A stretch of DNA of 64,000 nucleotides, from the IMG/VR virus record IMGVR_UViG_3300049136_000131, positions 5,323-69,322 of that record, one strand, 5' to 3'. Every line of letters begins with the position of its first letter. The stretch's first letter is position 1. The notes below the pieces were generated by a model. That model was not told the DNA's origin and searched no databases. It was given only the letters and a program-made list of their open reading frames with translations. This document shows, piece after piece, positions 27,993 through 36,652 of the stretch. Position numbers and translations under genes: made by a program. The stretch is from a virus (Duplodnaviria > Caudoviricetes).

Positions 27993-28282
27993 GCGGAGGC
28001 TGGAAGGGCAGCGACCGCAAGAGCCGGCTGCCGTCGAACTGGCAGACCATCCGCCGCAAGGTGCTCGACCGCGACCCGATCTGCAAGATCTGCGGCGTGC
28101 GGCCATCCACGCACTGCGACCACATCGAAGCCAAGACCGACGCCCACGCCGAAGACCGACTGCAAGGCGTGTGCGCCACCTGCCACGGACTCAAGTCCAG
28201 CCGGGAAGGCAACGACGCGCAGCGCAACAACCCGCGGCCCGGACGGAAACGACCACCCGAACCCCACCCCGGACTGAGGTGA
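27989..28282 (+). CDS. HNH endonuclease, terminase-associated type
   Basis: RLPSNWQTIRRKVLDRDPICKIC..CDHI..LQGVCATCHGLKS. Confidence 0.85.
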   Translation: MSGGWKGSDRKSRLPSNWQTIRRKVLDRDPICKICGVRPSTHCDHIEAKTDAHAEDRLQGVCATCHGLKSSREGNDAQRNNPRPGRKRPPEPHPGLR

Positions 28283-28284
28283 CG

Positions 28285-28507
28285 ATGCCCCGCCTACCTC
28301 AGTCCACGCCCGCGACCAACGCCGCGACGACGTCCTCATCGAAGACCCCAACCTCACCCTGCGCTTCGAAGCGCAGGGTGAGGTTGGGCCATCCTCGCCG
28401 ACCCGCACGGCATCTGCCTCGCCATCCCCAGCGAGCAAGGCGCATCCATCCAACGGGTAGACGAACAACAACCCGACAACCAGGAGCCCGCGCCGCAAGA
28501 GGAGTGA
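28285..28507 (+). pseudogene. frameshifted small phage gene
   Basis: GAGGTG RBS; protein-like pieces MP / AYL / VHARDQRRDDVLIEDPNLTL / GWAILADPHGICLAIPSEQG fall in different frames. Confidence 0.5.
28347..28388. repeat. perfect 42-bp palindrome with no loop
   Basis: CCCAACCTCACCCTGCGCTTC|GAAGCGCAGGGTGAGGTTGGG, checked base by base. Confidence 0.95.
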
Positions 28508-28513
28508 TCCACT

Positions 28514-28750
28514 GTGGCAAGCAAGGGACGAGGCAACCGAGGCAACGCCGACACACTACGCAGGTACTGGACCAGCGGAGCCGGCGCAAGCCGCATCCGA
28601 TGGGGAACACCAGGCGACTGGCGGCGCTGCAACAGGCTCCTCTCCAAGTACATGGGTGCCCGAGCCCGCGGCTACTGCCAACTCCTACACCGCAGGGCAA
28701 CCGGCGCGTACACCGGCAGCAGGGCCAACGCCGGCAGGCGTCGCAGTTGA
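28514..28750 (+). CDS. conserved small actinophage protein
   Basis: LRRYWTSGAGASRIRWGTPGDWRRC..LLSKY..GYC. Confidence 0.75.
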   Translation: MASKGRGNRGNADTLRRYWTSGAGASRIRWGTPGDWRRCNRLLSKYMGARARGYCQLLHRRATGAYTGSRANAGRRRS

Positions 28751-28849
28751 GGAACCGCCGCACTGCGCATCGGCGTTGGAGCAGTAGAACCCCGGCGAGT
28801 GCTGGAACACTCCCGGGGCGCGGCCGACCCTGAACCAGACAGGACCGAC

Positions 28850-29404
28850 ATGACCCAGGCTATGCGAGCCTGCCCATACTGCGGCGACACCATGACGAAC
28901 GTCAGGCGCAAGCAGTGCGGCAAGCCCGACTGCAAGCGCGCCTTCAACGCCGAGCGCATGCGCAAGTGGCAGCGCCAGTACCAGGCTGAACACGGCCAGT
29001 GGTACACCAGCCACAAGCACGGTGAGGCGCAGCGCGCGTACCACCGACAGAGGCGTGAGGAGCTTGGCCACTGGCGACAGCTCTACCCAGCTGCCGCAGC
29101 GGCCTACGATGCGCGCCGACGGATGAGGGTCGAGCAGGCAAGCCAGGGTGAGCCCGTCGTGCCGGCCGACGTACACGCCAGGGACGGATGGACATGCCAG
29201 CTATGCGGTCTACCCATCGACCCTGAGGTCGCATGGCCAGACCCAATGAGCGCATCAGTGGATCACATCGTTCCGCTCGCGCTTGATGGTGCGCACAGCA
29301 TGGCCAACGTGCAGAGCGCCCACCTCGGCTGCAACAGCCGCAAGTCCGCCCGCCTGACGATCACCGCTGCCCACCAGGAGCCAGCTCCCGACCTGGGGGG
29401 ATGA
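28850..29404 (+). CDS. free-standing HNH endonuclease, homing type
   Basis: N-terminal CPYC/CGKPDC; RDGWTCQLCGLPID..SVDHIVPLALDGAHSMANVQSAHLGCNSRK. Confidence 0.85.
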   Translation: MTQAMRACPYCGDTMTNVRRKQCGKPDCKRAFNAERMRKWQRQYQAEHGQWYTSHKHGEAQRAYHRQRREELGHWRQLYPAAAAAYDARRRMRVEQASQGEPVVPADVHARDGWTCQLCGLPIDPEVAWPDPMSASVDHIVPLALDGAHSMANVQSAHLGCNSRKSARLTITAAHQEPAPDLGG

Positions 29405-29470
29405 TCCCCTCCCCGCCGATCTTGGGGAATCGGGGCCGTGTAGCTCTCGACTGTCTGTACGGGTTCCCAA
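29395..29470. other. candidate cos / genome-end region
   Basis: Non-coding GGGGGATGATCCCCTCCCC..ATCGGGGCCGTGTAG..CTGTACGGG between HNH and terS; + strand shifts from C/A-rich to G/T-rich here. Confidence 0.5.
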
Positions 29471-29594
29471 GGCCGCTGACCTGCGGTGATGCGAGCCGGC
29501 CTGGCAGCCCGCTCGGCTTCAGTAGCATCACAGAGCAGTAACGGTGCAGGTGAATGGCCTGTAGCCGTAACGTCTGACCCCCTAGACTGGCGTC

Positions 29595-30233
29595 ATGACC
29601 GAGACCGCCCGCCGCACTGAGTGTGAGGAGTGCGCTGGTCCGATGCCGTTGCTGGCTCGGGCGGACGCGCGGTTCTGCTCCTCTGCATGCCGGCAGGCCG
29701 CGTACCGGGAGCGGCGCCGCGCCGAGCGTGAGCGTGTGGAGGGTGAGCGGGCTGCGCGGGTTCCGGCCGAGCTGACGGAACGTCCGCGGTGGGTGCGGTA
29801 TTCGTCGCGGAAGGTGCCGCTGCGGGTGGATGGTCGTTTCGCTTCGGTGGATGACCCGTCGTCGTGGTCGGACTTCCCGGCCGCGGTGAAGGCGAAGGCC
29901 GGCGAGGGTATCGGCTTCGTGCTGACGGCTGGTGACGGCATCGTCGTCGTGGACCTGGACCACGCCGTGCAGGGCGGCCGTGTCTTGCCGTGGGCTCAGG
30001 CGATCGTCGACCAGTTGCCCGCGACGTACATGGAGCGTGGCCGGTCGGGGACTGGCCTGCATCTGTGGTTCCGCGGTGCGGTCCCGCACGGCCGGCGTAT
30101 CCGGCGGGGGGAGTTGGCGGTCGAGTTCTACTCGGATCGCCGCTACATGATCGTTGGCGACCGTGTGGGCGGTACGCCTCTTGAGCTTGCCGAGCTGCCT
30201 GATGCAGCCGGCGTGATTGCCTCGCTTCTGTGA
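29595..30233 (+). CDS. primase-polymerase (AEP/NrS-1-like) domain protein with N-terminal zinc finger
   Basis: GIGFVL..VVVDLDH, YMERGRSGTGLHLWF motifs; CEEC..FCSSACRQAAYR. Confidence 0.7.
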   Translation: MTETARRTECEECAGPMPLLARADARFCSSACRQAAYRERRRAERERVEGERAARVPAELTERPRWVRYSSRKVPLRVDGRFASVDDPSSWSDFPAAVKAKAGEGIGFVLTAGDGIVVVDLDHAVQGGRVLPWAQAIVDQLPATYMERGRSGTGLHLWFRGAVPHGRRIRRGELAVEFYSDRRYMIVGDRVGGTPLELAELPDAAGVIASLL

Positions 30234-30316
30234 CGCCCGGGCGGTGTCCCTGATCGGGGCGCTGTTCCTCAGCCCTTCGCGCGCCCTGGTGGCGTGCTCT
30301 GACCCTGGAGGTCGTC

Positions 30317-30754
30317 ATGGGCGCACATGGACCGATCCCGAAGCGCAGCGAGGAGCGTCGTCGCCGGAACAAGGACGACGGGCCCGAGCTGCTGCAGGCC
30401 CCGTCGGGGCCGCCTGAGGATCTGCCTGAGCTTCCCGAGCCTGACCCGTTGTGGCATCCGATTGCGGTCGACTGGTACCTGTCTCTGCGGGAGTCGGGGC
30501 AGGCCGCGTTCTACGAGCCGTCGGACTGGGCTGTGGCCCGGTACGCGGCGGACCTGATGTCGAAGGTGCTGCTGTCGGAGCGCGGGCCGAACGGCCAGCT
30601 GGTGGCCGCATTGAACTCGGTGATGTCGTCGCTGCTGACGACTGAGGGCGATCGACGGCGGGCCCGCATGGAGCTCGAGCGGAAGAAGCCTTCCGGCCCG
30701 CAGTTGGCGTCGGTGAGCCCGCTGGACTCGTACCGTGACATCGCAGGGGGCTGA
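30317..30754 (+). CDS. terS: terminase small subunit
   Basis: GPIPKRSEERRRRNK, WHPIAVDWY..SGQAAFYEPSDW, LLTTEGDRRRARMELER. Confidence 0.85.
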   Translation: MGAHGPIPKRSEERRRRNKDDGPELLQAPSGPPEDLPELPEPDPLWHPIAVDWYLSLRESGQAAFYEPSDWAVARYAADLMSKVLLSERGPNGQLVAALNSVMSSLLTTEGDRRRARMELERKKPSGPQLASVSPLDSYRDIAGG

Positions 30755-30755
30755 C

Positions 30756-31007
30756 GTGGTCAAGTACGTTGTCTGCGCGGGTAGCCAGGCGGAGGCGCAG
30801 GCCTGGGCCCGGCTTCACGATATCCCGCAGCAGCAATGCCTGTACGCCAGCTCGCTGAGGCGGATCGAGGGTCTTCGCGACTTCGCCGTGGTCCGGTTGC
30901 GAGGCTTCTTCGACCGGCCGGATCGGGGCGAGATTGAGGCATGTCTGCTGCGCAACGAGCTGAAGCGGCGTTCGCCGCTGAACGACCGTCGCGGCGATGG
31001 AGTCTGA
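30756..31007 (+). CDS. hypothetical protein between terS and terL
   Basis: GTG start just after the terS stop; overlaps terL start. Confidence 0.45.
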   Translation: MVKYVVCAGSQAEAQAWARLHDIPQQQCLYASSLRRIEGLRDFAVVRLRGFFDRPDRGEIEACLLRNELKRRSPLNDRRGDGV

Positions 31008-32730
31008 CGAGCAGGTCCCCGACGTTGTCGAGCCGTTCACGCTCGGGCCGACGTGGAAGCGCGGCCCGGACGGCAAGTTCATCCTGCCTGAGTACACGCT
31101 GGGCTGGCAGTGCCTGGCGTGGACGAAGACGTACCTGCAGCACTACGTCGGGAAGCCGTGGCAGTACACGCCCGAGCAGGCGCGCCTGACGCTGTGGTGG
31201 TACGCGATGGATCCGGAAACGAACCGGTTCCTGTGGCGTGACGGCGTTATTCAAAGACTGAAGGGCTGGGGCAAGGACCCGCTGGTGGCAACTTGGTCGG
31301 CGTTCGAGTTCGTCGGCCCGTGCCGGTTCGGCGAGGTCGCGGACGAGGGCAACGAGTGGGGCGTGCCCGCCGGACAGCCTCTCGGGATGCAGCACCCGGC
31401 AGCTTGGGTGCAGATCGCGGCCGTCAGTCAGGATCAGACCCGGAACACCATGACGCTGTTCCCTTCGATTCTAACGAAGCGGGCAATCAAGGAATATCGC
31501 ATTGACCTCGGCAAGGAGATCATCTACGCCGATAAAGGGCGAGCCCGAATTGAGGCTGTGACGTCGTCGCCGCGGGCACTTGAGGGTGGCCGACCGACGT
31601 TCGTGTCGTTGGGGGAGACGCACCACTGGGTGGAGTCGAACCAGGGGCACGAGATGGCGGCCGTGATCGAACGCAACGCCACCAAGTCGGCGGACGGTCA
31701 GGCGAGGACGCTAGCGAACACCAACGCCTACGAGCCCGGCGAGGACTCGGTGGCGGAGCGGACCCGGGAAGCGTTCGAGTCCGCGGAATCCGGGCGCGCG
31801 GCTGACGTCGGTCTGTTCTACGACAGCCTGGAAGCGCCCGCCGAGGCCAGGTTGACGCGGGAATGGATCCGGCCGACGCTTCTCGCGGTCCGCGGGGATT
31901 CGATATGGCTAGACATCGAACGGCTGGAGGCGTCGATTCTCGACGTTCGCAACCCGCCATCGCGATCGCAGCGATTCTGGTTCAACCGAATCGTGGCGGC
32001 TGAGGACGCGTTCCTAGCCCGCTACGAGTGGGACGCCAATCCGCATGAAGGGCTCGACCTGGAGGCGGGGGACGATCTGGTGCTGTTCTTCGACGGCTCG
32101 AAGTCAGATGACGCCACTGCTCTGGTTGGGTGTCGGATCCGGGATGGGTTCTTGAAGACGCTGGGTGTGTGGCAGCGGCCCGCGAACTGGCCAGGCGACC
32201 AGCCTTACCGGGTGCCACGGGATCAGGTTGACGGAGTCGTCGATAGCGTCTTTTCCCAGTACAAGCCCCTGGCGTTTTTCGCGGACCCTGGCGCCGGCTA
32301 CGACGAGGCTGACGGCGAACGGTACTGGGATGGCTACATCGACGCGTGGGCGCAGCGCTACGGCAAGCGTCTGAAGCTGAAGGCCGTGCCGTCCGGGCAC
32401 GGGCAGCACGCGGTGATGTGGGACATGGGCGATCGACGCCGACAGCAGGTGTTCACGGAGGCGGTGGATCGCTTCTACCGGGACGTCTTGGAGCGGCAGG
32501 TACCGCATGACGGGCACAAGGTACTGCGGCAGCACGTCTCGAACGCGCGACGTCGGACGAACGCGTGGGGTTACACGATCGGCAAGGAGCACCGCGATTC
32601 AGCCCGAAAAATCGACCTTGTGGTGTGTGCAATCGGGGCACGGATGCTACGCCGCATGGTCTTGAACTCGCCTTCTTGGGCCAAGCGTTCGAAGGCCACA
32701 GGCAAGGGGAGGGTGGTGGTGCTGCGATGA
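30997..32730 (+). CDS. terL: terminase large subunit
   Basis: QRLKGWGKDP, AAVSQDQT, GETHHW, FFDGSKSDDATALV, KIDLVV. Confidence 0.95.
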   Translation: MESDEQVPDVVEPFTLGPTWKRGPDGKFILPEYTLGWQCLAWTKTYLQHYVGKPWQYTPEQARLTLWWYAMDPETNRFLWRDGVIQRLKGWGKDPLVATWSAFEFVGPCRFGEVADEGNEWGVPAGQPLGMQHPAAWVQIAAVSQDQTRNTMTLFPSILTKRAIKEYRIDLGKEIIYADKGRARIEAVTSSPRALEGGRPTFVSLGETHHWVESNQGHEMAAVIERNATKSADGQARTLANTNAYEPGEDSVAERTREAFESAESGRAADVGLFYDSLEAPAEARLTREWIRPTLLAVRGDSIWLDIERLEASILDVRNPPSRSQRFWFNRIVAAEDAFLARYEWDANPHEGLDLEAGDDLVLFFDGSKSDDATALVGCRIRDGFLKTLGVWQRPANWPGDQPYRVPRDQVDGVVDSVFSQYKPLAFFADPGAGYDEADGERYWDGYIDAWAQRYGKRLKLKAVPSGHGQHAVMWDMGDRRRQQVFTEAVDRFYRDVLERQVPHDGHKVLRQHVSNARRRTNAWGYTIGKEHRDSARKIDLVVCAIGARMLRRMVLNSPSWAKRSKATGKGRVVVLR

Positions 32731-34190
32731 CCCTGTCCATCCCCGAGCTCCCGCTGGTGTACCTATCGGACGAGGAGCAGGCGCTGATCAACCTGCTGCG
32801 GGCGGACATGCTGCGGGACCGCTGGGCGCTGCAGCTTCGGGACGCCTACTTCAACGGTGAGCAGCTGATCCGCGACCTGGGTATCTCGATTCCGCCACAG
32901 CTCAAGGGCTTGCACACGGTCATTGGTTGGCCGCGGGTCGGCGTGGAGTCACTGGAGGAGCGTCTGGATCTGGAGGCGTTCCGCTGGGCGGACGGCTCCG
33001 ACTCCACCGAGTTGACGGAGATCGCCGAGGCCAACGATCTGTTCGACGAGTCGAGCCTCGCCCATCTGGACGCATTCGTGTACGGCCGCGAATATCTGGC
33101 GGTCGGCTCGGGCGGCTGCGGCACGGACGACTGCCCGCCACTGATCACGGCAGAGTCACCGCTGGACATGACGCTGATGTGGGATGCCCGGCTGCGAATC
33201 GGCACAGCCGCCCTGCGCGAGTGCGCAGCCGACAGCTACGTCGAGGCGGGGCCCGAGGAGCGGATGCTCGTCCTCTACCTGCCGGATCAGACGGTGATGT
33301 GCCTGCCGTCGGAGTCTGGCGGGTGGGAGGTTGTAAACCGTGACATGCACGGCCTGGGGGTCGTGCCGGTGGTCCGGCTGGCGAATCGCCAGCGAACCGC
33401 TGACCGGGTCGGTAAGTCGGAGATCACCCCGGAGGTCATGTCGGTCACGGATGCTGCGTGCCGCCGGCTGATGGGCATGGAGGTCGCAGCCGAGTTCTTC
33501 GGGGCGCCGCAGCGGTACCTTCTCGGGGTCACGGAGTCGGCGTTCCAGGATGCCGGGGGCAATCCGAAGTCGGCGTGGGAGACGTACATCGGCCGCGTGC
33601 TCGCTCTGGAACGGGACGAGGACGGCAACGTGCCGACGGTCGGCCAGTTCTCGGCGCACGATCCGACCGGCATGACGAAGATCATCGATCTGTACGCCAG
33701 GATCATGGCGTCGCAGATGTCGGTGGCCCCGCACGTCCTCGGCTACAGCAGCGACAACCCTGCCAGCGCGGACGCGATTCGGTTCGCCGACAACCGGCAG
33801 GTCAAGAAGGCTGAACGGCGTATCCGTCGCTTCGGTGCCGGATGGCAGCAGGCGATGCGCCTCGCCCTGTGGGTGCGGGACGGTGAGCCACCGGAGAAGT
33901 CGCGCCGTATCGAGACGGTGTGGCGGAACCCCGCGACGCCGACCGTCGCTGCGCAAGTGGATGCCACGGTCAAGCTGGTGCAGGCCGGCGTGCTGCCCGC
34001 CGACTCCGATGTCACGCTGGAGATGGCCGGGTTCACGGAGCCGCAGCGCCAGAGGATCGCGGCGGACCGGCGGCGGGCTGCTGGCAGGGCTGGGAGCACC
34101 GCCTTGCTGGATCGCCTGGCTGAGCTTGGTGCGGGCGGTCCGCCGGCGAATGGTGAACCGTCGGAGGCCGAACTTGGCGACCTCGGATAG
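32727..34190 (+). CDS. portal protein (SPP1 Gp6-like)
   Basis: GWPRVGVESLEERL, GKSEIT, EFFGAPQRY, WRNPATPT; follows terL. Confidence 0.92.
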   Translation: MTLSIPELPLVYLSDEEQALINLLRADMLRDRWALQLRDAYFNGEQLIRDLGISIPPQLKGLHTVIGWPRVGVESLEERLDLEAFRWADGSDSTELTEIAEANDLFDESSLAHLDAFVYGREYLAVGSGGCGTDDCPPLITAESPLDMTLMWDARLRIGTAALRECAADSYVEAGPEERMLVLYLPDQTVMCLPSESGGWEVVNRDMHGLGVVPVVRLANRQRTADRVGKSEITPEVMSVTDAACRRLMGMEVAAEFFGAPQRYLLGVTESAFQDAGGNPKSAWETYIGRVLALERDEDGNVPTVGQFSAHDPTGMTKIIDLYARIMASQMSVAPHVLGYSSDNPASADAIRFADNRQVKKAERRIRRFGAGWQQAMRLALWVRDGEPPEKSRRIETVWRNPATPTVAAQVDATVKLVQAGVLPADSDVTLEMAGFTEPQRQRIAADRRRAAGRAGSTALLDRLAELGAGGPPANGEPSEAELGDLG

Positions 34191-34983
34191 TTCAAGGAGC
34201 GTCGCACGTTGGCGGCAGGCCCAGTTCGGGCTGACCACGCTGCTATTGCGTGACCTGCGCGGGCTGCGGCGCCTCATCAACCCGGACCGTTTGCAGGTAA
34301 CGCTGCCGACATGGATCGAAGCGGTGGCGGCCCTGGTGGCACGCTACTCGGAGGCGTCTGCGACCTTGGGCGCCGACTTCTACGATGGTGAGCGGGAGGC
34401 TGCGGGCGTACCCGGAACGTTCACGGTGCAGCTGGCCGATCCGCCTCCGGGTGAGCAGACTTCGAACTCGCTGCGATGGGCTACGAAGGATCTGTGGCCG
34501 CGCGGGGAGGGTGTCGCCACGGTGGCTCAACTGGAGCCGCTTGACGCCCGTCTGGAAGCGGCGATGTCGAAGGCGGACGGCGCGGTCGGCAGGCTGGTGC
34601 TGAACGCCGGCCGGGAGACGGTGCAGGATGCCGTCAGGCGAGACGGCGAGGCCATCGCTTACGCGCGAGCCGCCGCCCTCGGCTGCTGCTCCTTCTGTGC
34701 CTTGATGTCTAGCCGTGGCGCCGTCTACAAGGACCGCGGCACGGTCGGTGAGGACGCGAACGACCAGTTCATTGGCGACGACAGCGTGATCAAGTACCAC
34801 AACTACTGCCGGTGCCAACCGATCCCTGTGTTCAGGGGGCAGTCGTTTGAGCTGTCACCGAAGGCTCGCGAGTGGGACCGCATCTACCGCGAGTACGCCC
34901 AAGGCCATCCGGGAGACCAGCTTCGGCGCTTCCGAGTCGCTCTCGCGGAAGAGCGGTCTCAAGCAGACCCCGGATCCTTCTGA
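34174..34983 (+). CDS. minor head / MuF-like protein
   Basis: GGAGG RBS plus TTG; CCSFCALMSSRG..YHNYCRC. Confidence 0.75.
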   Translation: MATSDSSRSVARWRQAQFGLTTLLLRDLRGLRRLINPDRLQVTLPTWIEAVAALVARYSEASATLGADFYDGEREAAGVPGTFTVQLADPPPGEQTSNSLRWATKDLWPRGEGVATVAQLEPLDARLEAAMSKADGAVGRLVLNAGRETVQDAVRRDGEAIAYARAAALGCCSFCALMSSRGAVYKDRGTVGEDANDQFIGDDSVIKYHNYCRCQPIPVFRGQSFELSPKAREWDRIYREYAQGHPGDQLRRFRVALAEERSQADPGSF

Positions 34984-35044
34984 GCAAGGGTCGCCCTGGT
35001 GGCGGCCGTTCCCATTTCCACAGCCCCTGGAGGGCCGATTCGTC

Positions 35045-35686
35045 ATGCCCGAAGAGATCGAGACGACCGAGCAGCAGCAGGACGCCGGCACCGAGGAGAC
35101 CGTCGAGGAGACGGCGACCGAGGGCAACGGCACCGAGCAGCGGGACGACGCCCAGGAGGCGGAGACCGGCGGCAAGGCGGAGGAGCCGTTCGACCGGAAG
35201 AAGTTCGAGGCGGAGCTGCGCAAGAAGAACAGCGAAGCCGCGAACCTGCGCAAGCGTCTGAAGGAGCTGGAGCCGGCGGCTGCCGAGCTGCAGCGCATCA
35301 AGGACGCGGAGAAGTCGGAGTCCGAGCGGCTCAACGACCAGCTCGCGCGTGCGCAGGAGCAGGTGACCAAGACGCGTCAGCGGCTGGTGCGCACGCAGGT
35401 GCAGGCCCTGGCCATGACCGGGTTCGCGGACCCGGAGGACGCGGTCGGCGCACTGAATCTTGACTCGTACATCGACTCTGACGGCGACATCGACGAGGCG
35501 GCCATCAAGGCGGACCTCGACGCGCTCTTGGAGCGCAAGCCGCACTGGGCGAAATCCCAGCCCCAGGAGGGCCCGCGGCGTCCCGCGCCGGATCGCACTC
35601 AGGCGTCCGGCGCCAACAAGCAACGGACCCTCAACCCCGCGGAAGAGTTCGCGGGGTTCGTGAACACGCGGCTGAGCAGCCGCTGA
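35045..35686 (+). CDS. scaffolding protein
   Basis: Acidic N-terminus, coiled coil, located before capsid gene. Confidence 0.85.
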   Translation: MPEEIETTEQQQDAGTEETVEETATEGNGTEQRDDAQEAETGGKAEEPFDRKKFEAELRKKNSEAANLRKRLKELEPAAAELQRIKDAEKSESERLNDQLARAQEQVTKTRQRLVRTQVQALAMTGFADPEDAVGALNLDSYIDSDGDIDEAAIKADLDALLERKPHWAKSQPQEGPRRPAPDRTQASGANKQRTLNPAEEFAGFVNTRLSSR

Positions 35687-35698
35687 AAGAGGTAGACC

Positions 35699-36652
35699 AT
35701 GGCCACGGCCGCTCTCAATCTGTCCGACGTCAACGACGCACTACTGCCCCGCACCCTCGCGGGGCCGATCTTCGAGAAGTCCGTGGAGACCAGCGCGGTC
35801 ATGCAGCTGGCCCGGCCGGCGCCGCTGGCCCTGGACGCGACCACCTCGGTGCCGATCCCGATGGACGTGCCGCAGGCGGACTGGGTCGGGCAGGCGGCGC
35901 GCAAGCCGCTGTCGTCTGGCGGGGTCGGCGTGAAGCAGATGCAGGCGAAGAAGGTTGCTGTGCTGATCCCGGTCGCCGAAGAGGTCGTCATGACCAACGC
36001 GGGCGGCCTGTGGACCCAGCTGCAGAACGACCTGCCCACCGCGTTCGCCCGTGCCTTCGACCACGCCGCGATTCACGGCAAGACGATGAAGGGCGCGGCC
36101 GGTCCGTTCGCGGACTACCTGGCGGCCACCACGAACAGCGTCACTCTGGGCACTGCCCCGCGCGACCAGGGCGGCGTGTGGGCCGACTTCGTCGACGGCA
36201 TGGAGCATGTCGTCGACGGCGACTGGGACTACACCGGCACCGTCGCCGACCACCGTCTGAAGCCGCGACTGCTGCGCGCGACCGACGCCAACGGTCAGCC
36301 GATCCTGGTCGATACCCAGACGCCGGGCACGAACATGGCGTCCGCCGGAACCCTGATCGGCGAACCGCTGGCGTACTCGCGGTCGGTGTCGGGCAAGCAG
36401 CGTCGCCAGTCCACCTCAGTGGACACGGGCCTGCGGGCGATCGGCGGCGACTGGTCGCAGGCGGCCTACGGCATCGGCATGGACATCACCGTGCGGATCT
36501 CCAAGGAAGCCACCTACGTCGACGAGGACGGCGGCGTGCACTCCGCGTTCCAGGAGAACCTGGTGCTGCTGCTGGCAGAGGCCTACTACGGCTTCGTTCT
36601 CGGTGACGAGCAGGCCTTCGTGAAGTTCACCGGCACGCCGAGCGGTTCCTGA
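35699..36652 (+). CDS. major capsid protein (HK97 fold)
   Basis: WVGQAARKP, KKVAVLIPVAEE, GDWSQAAYG, FQENLVLLLAEAYYGF. Confidence 0.93.
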   Translation: MATAALNLSDVNDALLPRTLAGPIFEKSVETSAVMQLARPAPLALDATTSVPIPMDVPQADWVGQAARKPLSSGGVGVKQMQAKKVAVLIPVAEEVVMTNAGGLWTQLQNDLPTAFARAFDHAAIHGKTMKGAAGPFADYLAATTNSVTLGTAPRDQGGVWADFVDGMEHVVDGDWDYTGTVADHRLKPRLLRATDANGQPILVDTQTPGTNMASAGTLIGEPLAYSRSVSGKQRRQSTSVDTGLRAIGGDWSQAAYGIGMDITVRISKEATYVDEDGGVHSAFQENLVLLLAEAYYGFVLGDEQAFVKFTGTPSGS

